64,000 nucleotides of DNA from Phoronis australis (lineage: Eukaryota > Animalia > Phoronida): NCBI GenBank assembly GCA_002633005.1, contig NMRA01000108.1, positions 353,006 through 417,005 of the forward strand, given 5' to 3'. Position 1 is the first letter of the stretch, and the number at the start of each line of letters is the position of its first letter. The position numbers and the translations under genes are program-made. The notes beneath the pieces were generated by a model. It saw only the letters and a list, made by a program, of their open reading frames with translations, had not been told where the DNA came from and made no database searches. Below are positions 47,701-57,445 of the stretch, in pieces.

Positions 47701-50021
47701 CTGTCTAAATGTATGTCATATCTGTCTAAATGTATAACTTTCTTAGTATGTTGTAATGTGTGCTGTATTAGTTTGTGGGCCGTCATTCTTAAATAAATCA
47801 ATCAATCAATGTGCGTCTTTTTAGCTGGAAAAGTCACGTTCGACCTCTGTCTACACACTATGGTCAGTCATATATGACACTGCATACGACAATAATATTC
47901 AAATAAACGGGAGTGTGTAAACAGGTCTTTATTGTCTCAACTAATTATGTATTTGGAAAGAATACTTTCCATCCTCTCTGCAACTCTTTTTTTCAGGAAA
48001 CACAGGAATAACAATGCAGTTGGTAAGCATGGGTAGTTTACAACATTTTAAAATTAAGTTTGTATTCTGTTGATGTCTTGAGGTTAGTTGGAAAGCTCAT
48101 TACACTGCACTGAATGTGTTTGTGGTTATAGGTAGGTTACCGTACGTAATTTGGCTACGTCATTGGGTTGTCTCTAAGATACTCACCCAAATAAACGGGC
48201 CTTTCTGGGGGGAAAAACAAACATTTGTAGCAAATGAATATTATTCTATTGTTCTTTTTGTTTGCTGCATGGTTTGTTGCATTAACGGGGGAGAAAACCT
48301 AGTAGATGCCTAAGGCTACATGAAGTCAAATCTCGTTTCACATTGGTGGTACGGTGCAAGTTTTTTCTTGCAGGTTATGACTGGCAGTCCACTGAACCTG
48401 TGAACTATGACCTCAGGGATAGACAACTGGTAAACGCCAACAGTAGTGCACTGAGTACAGACACAGGCTCTGGGCACCTCAGTACAGGCACCCCCTCTCA
48501 GTGGGTGAACCAGCCTGGAACTACCACAGCCACCTCTCTTGCAGGGACCCCTCCAGGAGCAAGCTGGGACCACAGACCAGTAGCCTCCCCTAAATATTCT
48601 CAGTTCAATACGAACAATAATAACAGTAATGACGTAGCGTTATACCATGAGGCTGGTACATCACCTATGAGTGTGCGCACCGATGTCATGTCAAGTCCCC
48701 ATCACTCCAACCCGTCAGGATTAGACGAAGCCCCTGACAGTGAGCCTGGTGTGAATGGTGTCTCTCTCACGTCATCTCAGCGACTGATACCGGCACAAGA
48801 CCAAGTTACGAATTTGTCATCGAGTTCAGAAATGTCTCGGTCGCATCATTCCACATCAGTTTTATCGTCAGGGAATATCAGCAACCACCAGGTGGCTCCA
48901 CCAAGCAGGGACAGTCTGGATTCATGGCAGCTCAACTCGTATAGTGCTGTAAGTCTGAGTATAGTCTGGGTTGATTTCGCCCATTGCTGACTTCTTCCTT
49001 TTTTTTCTTTCACAAATTTATGCACTATTTGTTAAGAGGTTTATATATAACCTCTTATTATGGGCTGCAGAACTCTCCACAAAACACCATGCACCACGAA
49101 TAGTCTTATCATGCTCTGAACTATACCGACGTACAAGACACTCGTACCACTGACAAATAGGGCAATGTGCTCACTGCTTACCAGAAACTGCTGCTCTGTA
49201 GTCTGAAAAGAAGTCTTTAACATTTTGGCATCAGTGATTCTTCTGTCAACGTACGTAATATATATGAATATTATAATTTGCCTCAGGGCACATGCCACAC
49301 TTGGTTTTTTATATGAATTTATGCGCCTTGTTGTAATCCCTGGTCTAGAGTATTATCACAGCATTCTGCGTATGAGCTTCACCACTCTGGGTGCTTTGCG
49401 GTATGCATTATGATTCTCACCTGAGTGTAACGGGATTAGATATATGTGTATTATGTCACCTATAAATTGGCTCATCACCAAAGCACATACTGTCATCTTG
49501 CATTACCAGTAAAAAATTGGGGATTATCTGCTATCAACCATTTTCAAATTGCTGAAATGAATTTCTAAAAAATACATGTGGCGTGGCAATTGTTATAGGT
49601 CTTTAACAACACCTGGAAACTATGGACCATTCACTTTGATCAATTGCACTAGAAATCTGCCTGTGAGTAGCGTTCCTGTGTGCAGGTGCAGTTCAGGTTC
49701 CTTGGTAAATGTGTGACCCATGGAGTTCTTTTCACCCCCAGATGTTGATGTAACTTAGTGTCTGGTGTTTTTGCGTGGTCATTGTGTAACAGTTGTCGTT
49801 GTACCTTGAAAATGACGTGTTTATCTTTTATTTCAGATCTCAAAGCATTTAATTAATGTTGGTGTTTCGTGTACTTTCAGAGACCTAGTTCGCGAGCTTC
49901 CATCTCTGGTCAGTTTCTCGCTGAAGAACAACAGCGATCAGATAATCTACGACGAAATATAGACATTCTAATCGAGGATTTTGAAAAGAACAATACTTCA
50001 AAGTTTCTGAGTGATAACTAA
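20754..50021 (+). CDS. CEP63: CEP63/DEUP1 (CCDC67) family centriole-duplication protein, ~819 aa, 17 coding exons
   Basis: Phase-consistent GT-AG exons: 20754-20809, 21994-22189, 22996-23091, 25414-25557, 29039-29152, 30235-30369, 31405-31524, 32249-32394, 33207-33293, 41631-41742, 42410-42469, 43592-43789, 44647-44802, 47277-47374, 47997-48022, 48374-48948, 49881-50021 (sum 2460 nt). Family motifs SCEAELQELMRELDAMVQKKESQWE, LKKCYEKLQRKH, EYKSKTRDWNSER...LEAQRKTLAEKCELIK and C-terminal FLAEEQQRSDNLRRNIDILIEDF. AATAAA at 50223-50228. Probably co-orthologous to vertebrate CEP63 and DEUP1. Confidence 0.92.
21083..21529. mobile_element. Second copy (inverted, internally deleted) of the CAGGGCTTGGAAT MITE, 6-bp TSD
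   Basis: Reverse-complement match to 1117-1627, flanked by ATATAC (21077-21082 and 21530-21535). Confidence 0.9.
23700..24045. repeat. Degenerate ~60-bp tandem repeat in a CEP63 intron
   Basis: Recurring TTCACCCAAGTAGAGAGGA.TT.AA...AAATCC.CATTCTCTTG.GTTA units, about 4 copies, interrupted. Confidence 0.7.
24696..24930 (-). mobile_element. tRNA-derived SINE, near full length
   Basis: The minus strand shows A box TGGCCTGGTTG (24911-24921), B box GGTTCAAGTCC (24868-24878), then AAACCCTTGAGCCAGG and a body shared with the two copies at 12.9-13.4 kb. Confidence 0.75.
26570..26852. repeat. Old interspersed repeat; inverted copy at ~61280-61560
   Basis: CACAGTTGCCGTGTAATTCGCTAAAAGCGTGGGTCACACTTGCCCGTTTAGCAGACTTTGA...TTTCCTCCAAACTTT is the reverse complement of 61290-61380. 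Similarity extends through TTTTGATGATTTCAAC. Confidence 0.75.
33409..33510. repeat. Alternating purine-pyrimidine (TGCA/CATG-rich) simple repeat
   Basis: GTGCTTGCATACATCTGCATGTGTGTGCATATATCTGCATGTGCATGCATACATCTGCATGTGC... Confidence 0.85.
33818..36169 (-). CDS. Toll-like receptor, multiple-cysteine-cluster (Toll/protostome-type) architecture; main coding exon, nested in a CEP63 intron
   Basis: Uninterrupted ORF with signal peptide (ILVVTTIALLPLAGVFS), LRRNT CPPECVC, LRRs (LxxLxLxxNxI), internal LRRCT (NKYQCDC...C...C) plus LRRNT (CPEKCYC...VDC), about 3 further LRRs, LRRCT (NPWKCAC), TM helix (LAIGLSVVAALITMALVVSW) and TIR (YDVFVSFS...CLRERDF...ILSPAFIDSQWGMFEF...FRQKLLYAL). Acceptor TCTTTTCAG precedes 36169, so the ORF-track N-terminus up to 36277 is likely intronic. 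AATAAA on the minus strand at 33690-33695. Confidence 0.95.
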   Translation of the reverse strand: MKYSRSILVVTTIALLPLAGVFSYCPPECVCKHNTTFISPTSKTKIYRVREVTCSIKDRFHVDKQARMILENCQEMEYLNLDIYCSNKHAEVVWSTGTFLQRTVSFSITFCNLSNNTGKNIIFPENTELRLLKFQANGGDSFFHEIKFQGLSQLETLYILRNGLRHIPVSLQQGSALMPKLMGFFCYSNKLEEIPCELLKNVPSLQNLNLDSNNIKYLPACMTPLMTKLVFLNLYDNRIKSIENITSLKSVSIQIIDLSYNQIRTIKTNTFIDLPNLSSLHLSKNKINSIEASAFGHLPSLKNLELQANEITTYGLQQGPKMERYEPNHLTIRLDNNHLKYPPYHDNDYVISSGIFVNAVNNKYQCDCEIEKFQQAGHDGKLMQWKGIDDMTCATPQQFLRMPLMSLDLQSTCIVIDNCPEKCYCYRNQTTHIVMVDCTFRNMSRLPEKMPQGSIYVNLSNNNITVFNRTGYTSRIQGLDLSNNQIEDISVLAMVSLINTATLKLNDNKLQTLPQSMESWIPLKLKELSLYDNPWKCACETAWLKTWLKKRSAVLQHPDKTRCFRNGIYEKPILKTNIVCYNYRSLAIGLSVVAALITMALVVSWKFRTEIKLLLFTHLNWRPFDRINMPGKLYDVFVSFSEADSEWVNEEIVEVLEVTHNPPFQTCLRERDFNFGVPTGSTIEEAICNSQCVIVILSPAFIDSQWGMFEFQTAHASLLNKDIARILVVIKEDTDFEQTLPELRSYLRTTTYVKADDKWFRQKLLYALPQKRPPPALEIELEA
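38618..38860. repeat. Diverged ~140-bp direct duplication
   Basis: GATCCAGGTATT.GTAATTTAAAGTAATTT...GGTGGGGT...AAAGCATAT...TGCTA.TTGACCT.TTTATTCATTTAA at ~38619 and ~38762. Confidence 0.75.
39438..39440 (-). CDS. Candidate start-codon-only coding end of TLR exon 1
   Basis: The minus strand reads CACTGAAC-ATG|GTAAGC. A phase-0 join to 36169 gives MIKYSRSILVVTTIALLPLAGVFS, a well-formed signal peptide. Confidence 0.5.
39760..40480 (-). mobile_element. Highly decayed RTE-like LINE remnant
   Basis: Interrupted translation (AEMSDRRLTE...KGRWRP...RTTLK...DLARN) loosely follows the RTE C-terminal pattern RM.D.RLPK...GKR..GRP..R..D.LK...LA.DR. A similar remnant lies at ~41250-41520 (EKDVNRLENF...KTILRV). 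Confidence 0.3.
40655..40668. promoter_or_regulatory. RFX X-box motif in the large CEP63 intron, upstream of the nested TLR
   Basis: GTTGCTATGGTTAC (reverse complement GTAACCATAGCAAC) matches GTNRCC-AT-RGYAAC. Confidence 0.45.
45004..46623. repeat. Near-identical ~810-bp tandem duplication (45004-45814 vs 45816-46623) joined by a single n; probable uncollapsed haplotypes
   Basis: The copies differ by a handful of substitutions and a 3-bp indel, with n45815 exactly at the junction. The first ~40 bp also resemble 50633-50675, so the unit overlaps an interspersed repeat. Confidence 0.85.
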
Positions 50022-51805
50022 GCTGCCCATTGAATTAATGAAACTAGTTGCTCAATGTTATTTATTTTTATGCACATTTGTTTGCAATGATGCTGTATAC
50101 ATTTCATCGAAGAGCCGACAGCTTGCCGGAAGTGGAGCAGAAACACACTCTCGTGGACAATAATTAAAGGTGTCACCCACCAAACTTTTGACGAGTCTGG
50201 CGTTTGAACTTTAAGTGAAATGAATAAACCTTCTTTTGTTGATAATGAACTACACTTAGTTGCGCCTTCGGATTGCTGCTACTTTCTATAGGTTTGTTGA
50301 TTCAAAATACGAAATGGCAGAATTTTCTAGTATGTCAATGAATATAATCTTGAGTTATGCACTTTGGAGAGACGAGGGTTTTTTCTTGATCAGGAAGTTA
50401 TTGGCAATCCTCGTGTAAGTTTCTCTTTTCCACACCCATGGCATGCGTATACAATTCGTTTTGCTGAACATTACGCGTTGTTGCTGCTTAATGTGAGCCG
50501 AGTAGTTAGTAGACCTCGGCCATGTTGGGTTGACCAAGTTTCTTGCAAGAAAAGTGAGATCATGCAAGTGAAAGCCTAGTGTTCTGGAAGTACGCCCACG
50601 ACCATATGAGCGTAACCTAGCCACCGAAGTGGTCGGTCAGTGAGACTGGAATGTTGAATTATGGGATAGAATTATTTTACTGCGACAGTTTCCCTTAGCA
50701 AAGATTTCTCGCGACAAAGTCATGGTTAATGTGTTGGGTCTACAGAACACTACCCTTGTTAGTCCTTAAGAGCTAAAATTTGCTGCAAGCTCCTATAGTC
50801 GTGGCACTTAGTACTGCAGTGCGTAGAGATTAGGACCCCCATCCACCTCTTCACCTAAGATTCAACATTGTTTTAGGGACCTAGTTTTCACAAGAAAGCA
50901 GCCTGTTGCTAATCAGCGCCACCTTTTGGAGCAAAAAGCCATTTAGTCAATTTTGGTCACATAACCTATTAGACAAGACTTAGGTGCATTTTAGGCAGGA
51001 TCAAAGTTCCCACTTGGGTCACACTTAGCAGCCGGGTTTCCCAGATCAAGAACAGGTGGTGTAGAATTTTGTCTTCCAATAATTCTTATGTGACAAATTC
51101 TTCAAATTTCTAATGTCGTGTCCTTTTCCAAAATTAGGTCGAAATACCCCCATGGTGTGGTTAATACATAATCACCAGGTTCTTGTCTGTGAATGTGTTC
51201 TTATTTTTTAGGCTATTTCTTGTCCTGCTTATGGACATCTTCGGTCTGGCGATTGCACAGAGACCCTGCTTTACTGAGTCTACACAGCCAGTTATCATTT
51301 GCTTAATTACTGAGTCCAAAATTGCGGTATCTGTCTTGAATGTTTCATTCATTGCTAGATTTGTTGTTTGAGAGTTCCCCTTACTCATGCCATCAAAAGC
51401 ACCTGTACTGGGCCAAGGTAATTTCATGTCATTAGGGTTGGCAAACCCCCTCCCTATATATAAAAGCTGTGTTTTTATAACTTAAACTTTGGAGTATTCA
51501 ACTTCTGAACCACATAGAAACATTGTGCACAAGTTGTCTGGGTTGTCTAAATTGTCTTGCAAGATTTGAAGGTCGATTACTTGTTGTGACACATTTGAGG
51601 AAATTGGATATACTCAGTTCAAATACCTCCTTGGTAAACCTAGTAGAATGAAAGTGACATGTGTTGACGTTCAAGTAACTGATCGTTGCTTCTATGATTA
51701 TACGTGTTGTGTTGGCTCCCAGTGTTTTTACGAATGCGTCATCTGTGTTTTGTAATTTATTACCCATTGTTAAACTGTTTTAGTGTTGTTTAATTTACAA
51801 ATCGG

Positions 51806-52300
51806 GGTGGACCAGCGACTGAACACTAAACGGGTTGAGTTCTGCGCAAGAATCTCTCGAGTAAAGCTATCCTACGCGTGATCACTTTGTTTTGCTTTTA
51901 ATTCATGGTTGTGCCTCGCGCAGACTTGTGTGATCTTGCGTTTTCGCGAGTGTATTGCGTCTACGAAACGGGCGCCAGGCCCTCGCCATAGGCATCCCTC
52001 GCTAGGGCAGCGTTTCCTGGTCATAAGAATATTCTGAAAAAGCTAGACAAGTGTGATTAGTGTGATCACGCGCTGCGCTTGCAATACATGGCGATGTCGT
52101 GAAAGCTTGCTCTTTGCGAGTTTTTTGCGTCCACGGAGCGCAGCCCAGACTTCGTAACAGAACTTTTTATCTGAAGTTCATAACGTCTTGTGCTCATGCT
52201 GCAGACAAGTGCTTTGAGAGTTTCCTGCATTGGTAGTGCTCCCGTTTTTAGGATCGGGCCCACTAGTTGAAAGGCTGTAGGTGTTCAGTCGATCGTCTAC
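51806..52300. mobile_element. Possible old MITE bounded by imperfect inverted repeats
   Basis: GTGGACCAGCGACTGAACAC (~51807-51826) and GTGTTCAGTCGATCGTCTAC (52281-52300) enclose a CpG-rich interior. Confidence 0.4.
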
Positions 52301-52358
52301 AATGATAATGAGAATAAATGCAATTAAGTGTAATATTTTGTAAATAAGTATCTGTGGA

Positions 52359-52513
52359 TTAAATTGACAATTAAAGGATCCAAAAAACATTTGTTTTTAT
52401 TGGTATTAGTTAAAGTGACAATTAAATGATCCAAAAACATTTTGTTTTTATTTGTTTTAGTTAAATTGACAATTAAATGATCCAAAAGCTTTTGTTTTTA
52501 TTGGTTTCAGTTG
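52359..52513. repeat. Minisatellite, ~51-bp unit x3
   Basis: TTAAA(T/G)TGACAATTAAA(G/T)GATCCAAAAA..TTTGTTTTTATT.GT.TTAG is repeated three times. Confidence 0.9.
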
Positions 52514-53842
52514 ACTGGTATTTTATATAATACTTTAATCATGCAAAATTTAATGGGCGTAAATTAAAATTAAGTTTTGTTTTCCATGGGCGTGCAACCG
52601 ACCGTGTGTGGAGTCAACACGCTTGAATTACAATATGTCAAACGATTTGTATGCATTTTAATCGAATCATTTTTGCCACAAAAATTAGAGCGCCCCGGTA
52701 TCATTGAAAAGTGAGAAAATGTAGTATTTTATTTACCGACGTATCCATTTTCGAGGAGCGAGGATAGGGCTGAGGGAAACAAAATAGTGTGAAAAACTAC
52801 AAACGAACATACATCCATTCATGCAGACACAGAACATAGCTCCACGTAAAATACCGTATCTTTATAAGAAAATAATTCGAAACATGTACATAGTGTAGAC
52901 GTCACTGCCAGTTATTATCCGCTTCTACAGGTGTATGTTATTTAAAAACGCATTTTAACACAAAAGGATTCATACAATTCCCTAATAGCGAATGCTCTTT
53001 AATAATAACCCGAATTGTTTTGGAAATAACCAAAATTTAGTATATAATTTTGGGTTGCTTTTTTCCACATGTTTTTGGTGACGCAAGTTGGCATGATGGT
53101 GGTGCCATTTAAAATAATGTAGTCCATGTAAAAGCATGAACGCTTGTGTACGTAATTTACGAAATCGGCTTCAAGTTTTTATTTTAGCGATATCTTGATT
53201 GATGACACTCATTCGACATTTGATTTGGGTTGGTGAAAAAGAGAACGTCTTCGAAACATTGTGTCAATGGAAAATATTATTCCTGAATTCTTTTCAAAAT
53301 ATGTTTACGAACTGTTCTAGGTTTTGGTTATTAATATGCAAAATTTGCCTTGCAGAATAGACCGGTGTTCCGTGTCAACTCCATACTTATACCAATTAGA
53401 CACGAAATGTACTGGAGCGTGGTGATTTTAAACGGTACACATTTTTGATTCCGCATAAGAAGCTGGCATCCTTAGAAACATAGGTGTAACAGCAACAGTT
53501 AATATACACATTTTATTATCAACCATTTGTAATTTTTTCATACGTCTTTTCTTAAAAGTATGCTTCGTAACAAGATGACATTAATGTCGCGCATACCGTG
53601 ACTACCGTTTTTATGTACTAGCCATCCCGGTTACCGCATTTTGAAAATCCTTGTGAGCTTTGCTGTTGGCTTACAAATTTATTTTCGCTGTCAAAAGGCT
53701 ATCGAAAAAATACTCGTTTGAGCACATACGAAAACCACCAGCTTGTCATGGTTTCTGACACTATCTAGCATTCGTTTCAGTGCATCGCAACCTCTATCAG
53801 CTTCGTACTTATCCACTATGGTGGTACATTTTCCGTCAATGA

Positions 53843-53953
53843 AGCGCGCGCGCGCGTGCGCGAGAGAGAGGGAGGAAGAGGGGGAGGGGGNGGCCGGAGG
53901 GAGGGAGAGAGCGATGGAGAGAGAGGGAGAGAGAGAGCGGGAGAGGGGGGAGA
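53843..53953. repeat. (CG)n followed by GA-rich polypurine simple repeat spanning an assembly gap
   Basis: GCGCGCGCGCGCGTGCGC, then GAGAGAGAGGGAGG..., with n at 53891. Confidence 0.9.
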
Positions 53954-54329
53954 CTTGCATTGTTTTAAATCATATAAAACATACATTGTTATATGACTGG
54001 GTGGCCAGCAAAGGCAAGGGCCGCTAATAGCTGACCACCAAGTAACAATAGATTAAAGAGATATTAACAATTAAGAAGAACAATATAAATAACAACAGAA
54101 ATAAGTACATCTACAATGAAATAAGATACAATGCAATGTAAATTAATGTCTTTTACTAGGAATAAAACACATACTAGACTAATGATACAAGGGAGACCGC
54201 ACTGTTAGAAAAGCACATGACTATGGTGTAAGGCAGGTGATCACCGTTACTTCAATTAGAACATGCATAACAATGTAGAACGTTACACTGAGAGCTGTAA
54301 ATGCATAATATGTTATTTTTTAAATACAA

Positions 54330-55222
54330 GGAGAATCTATGTAATCTATGCGTGTCCGTTACATATAGCAGAAGGATACTGTTGTTTATTAGATTCGGTA
54401 TTTTGAACATTAATGAATTTTCACAACTTTTTCTGTTGTAGGTGGGCAGTTTTAGGATGTGTTGTTGACTGCATATCCTAAGATCTCTTGGTGACTGACG
54501 GAATTGGAAAAATTGTTTGATAAATGTAAATAGGCAATTGATTATGTTTGAATTTGTAAAAGTATTTTAAAGGCAAGCTTGGTTAAATATGTCGTCAAGA
54601 TGAAGTGTTTGATTTCCCTGCAAATTGATTCTGTGTGTGTAAAAACGCGAAGAATTGGTAACATTTCTCAAAGCTTTTTTCTCCAGAAGTTTCAATGTCG
54701 TACAATTATTGAATCCCCATAGTACCGAAATATAGATGTGATAGTATATATAAGAGCATTCTATGTCATCAGGAGAGCGTGTTTGGGAAAAAAGGGTTTC
54801 AGTATGGAGAGGACGCCCACAGTTTTGGCAATTTTGTGAGAAATTTCATGAACACGCTTGTTCCAAGAAAGATGACTGTCTACAAAAATACCTAAAAATT
54901 AAAAATTTTCAACTCTGTTAATAATTTCGTTGCTGATTTTGATTTGAGTGTTGTAACCTCGCTGATTTTTTGGGGACAATCGAAATAGCATAAATTTAGT
55001 TTTACTAGTATTGAGCGATAATTTATTGGTATTTAGCTAATCAAAAACATCTTATGATGGTTTGATCGTTGAGGCTAGGATTTTTGTTAACATGAAAAGG
55101 AATTAACAGGTATATGTCGTCTGAGTAGGTCTGATAATAAACTGTGCCTTACTGGAGAAAGAAATGTCATTTACATAGATTAAAAATAGTTGAGGTCCTA
55201 GAATAGATCCCTGTGGAACACC
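54330..55222 (-). mobile_element. Decayed CR1/L2-group LINE, 3' part of reverse transcriptase
   Basis: Minus-strand translation gives GVPQGSILGPQLFLIYVNDI...YSDD, then after frameshifts NKLSLNTSKTKFMLF and FLGIFVDSHLSWNKRVHEISHKIAKTVGVL, with internal stops. The left boundary is approximate. Confidence 0.85.
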
Positions 55223-56257
55223 TAGCTATTGGAAATGTCAAGTTGGGACGAAGTGACGAACTGCAAGTTTGGTTTCAACTTCTTCCTGACACAGATGAGA
55301 AGCGAGACTGCTTGGGTTAACAAAGAATTGGCGCTTCGTTATTCTCAAGAATATACTGGGCCCATGTCACTCTACCACAAACAAACTTGACTCAGTCCGG
55401 TCTCAATTGCGAGTTGCCACTTCTTTCCGCCGGGCAAAGCCCTGAATTGTCTGCAATTTTACAATTGAATGTGAGACGAAATTCATAAAGGTAAGCAGTT
55501 AAATCAGAAGTTGATTTTTGTGACTAGTGGAAGGTGTGTATATTGCAGCTTTAATTCAACAGATATACATCCTCAGCTACTCACTGAAATATCTATGCCC
55601 TGAACCGTGACATACATTGACTAGGAAATTGCCAGTGAGCCATTGAAACCATTCCCTTTTATTCTAATTACACGTAAGAGCTTTTTATTTGTCTTGTTTT
55701 TGGTCTGTCAACGATATTACACCACGCATTATTGTAGCCAATTTCTGGGTTTTATTTGTTTTTTTTTCGGAAAAATTTAGAGGATATCACCCATGATAAC
55801 AATTTGAGACTGAGTTTCCAGCAAACCTAGCTGCCACATGCTAAAGGCGGCCGGGCAAATATCTAATTGTTGTGGATCGCAAGTTATAAAAATCGTTCTT
55901 TAATTGGTGTGGTCCCCACGTTTACGTTCACTATTTGTCATTGTTGGTACGTGTTTCAAGATACGGTTTATCACGATGTATATGAATAGAACCGCTCAGG
56001 CCGGTGGTGGTTTACTGGGAGGACCGGAAACCGTCACTTCATCGCCGTGTAATTACAACTGCTCGAATGCCAACGAGGTTGCGGGAACTTCCTTACGAGA
56101 GAATTTTGTCACCGGCCCCATTTAGACTAATGTCGTCACAAAACAGGTATGATTTGAGTGCTCATCCCCGTAATCGATGATAATGCATCCAGCCCCAGGG
56201 CCTGGGGGAAAGATTCCGAGTGTAGTCACTGAGTGTCGCCTGTCACAGTATTCAGGG

Positions 56258-56464
56258 TCAGCTCCACACTGCCGAGCGATCGCGTCTGCGATAACCCTCT
56301 TGCTCTTCAGTTGTTGAAGGGTAATATTCTGGCCACAGTGAGCGGCAATGGCAACTCATGCCGGCTGTGGGAGTCTGCGGCCACCATGCATACAGCTGGC
56401 CGCCGGTCTCGGATACAGTTAACAACGACACAAATGAAAGTGAACAGACGACTATTACCAATAC
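56258..56464 (-). other. Candidate exon for a small secreted peptide (or its pseudogene)
   Basis: After the acceptor-like AATAATTAG the frame reads VLVIVVCSLSFVSLLTVSETGG-QLYAWWPQTPTAGMSCHCRSLWPEYYPSTTEEQEGYRRRDRSAVWS*. It has a hydrophobic signal-like N-terminus and sits in a GC-richer island. No canonical upstream start exon was found. Confidence 0.3.
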
Positions 56465-57445
56465 CTAATTATTTTCGGGCAATCGTACGTTTACATACAA
56501 CGGCGACATTATCGAATTTTTAGCTAAAAGAATATAAAAGTATTTACTTATCATTGTCGCATCTACGTTTCAGTTGCAATAAATCGCGAGCCAGTCGTGA
56601 GCGGCCCGATCGAAATGGCCAGTGCTTTAGTTATTTTATTCATTTCTTCTATCCATCATGCTGTTGACATGCATCCTTGTTTGGAATTGGTTGTTTCAAT
56701 AAGTTTGTGGTTCCTTAGTTTGGTGGAAAATGGTTCAGTATCTGAATAATAACCGTATTCTTAATGACTATCCAATTTTTTGTAAAGCTATTAATGACAA
56801 TCAATATAAACAAAAATTGGGAAATCCGCGGATGAGTGACTGAATGTGAAAATAGGTCAGCAAATGAACATTGACCCAGTTAAAAAGAAACTGCAAAAGT
56901 TCAATTTTTCAGTTTATGTCACTTGGAATTTGTATCTCATGAAGGTCTCCTGAGAGAAAACATGACAAAGTAGTCGAGCACAACGAGAAAAAATGAAATT
57001 TGGAAAAGAAATAAGTAAACAAAGGTAACAATTCAATGCGCATGTTCGGAGTTTTTGGACCATGTGACACAATATCAACCAATCACCTGCAAAAGAATAG
57101 TGTCACCGCCAAGCTCGTATGGTGTGTGGTTTAGGTGAAGATTCCGATTTTTAGGGATTCAGATCGTAAAATCAGCTGGTGAAATGTTCACGAAAATGAT
57201 ACCAGGCGTACATTATAAGTTGTTGTGACAAGGCTGCTAATTTCAGACTTTTTTCACGGTATTTTCCACGTGCAAATGGCACTGAAAGAAGCAAACCGCG
57301 ATTGAATGGACGCCATTTTGTCAGGGATTTAAACTTCTGTCGGCGTTCCAGCAAAGTACAAAGAAACTTGCTTTCGTTGTCGTGGAATTTTTTTGATGTT
57401 GATGACAGTAAAACATACATGTCGTTTTAACGAATCTGGCAGAGC

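Noticed and set aside
52359-52513. Regularly spaced repeats reminiscent of a CRISPR array
   Set aside because: The units are head-to-tail with no unique spacers, there are no cas genes, and the context is eukaryotic.
53691-54027. ORFs with SLSP or ERE repeats
   Set aside because: They are translations of a GA microsatellite spanning an assembly gap.
56085-56260. Several in-frame TGA codons after the candidate peptide ORF, suggesting a selenoprotein
   Set aside because: There is no resemblance to a known selenoprotein family and I could not identify a SECIS element.
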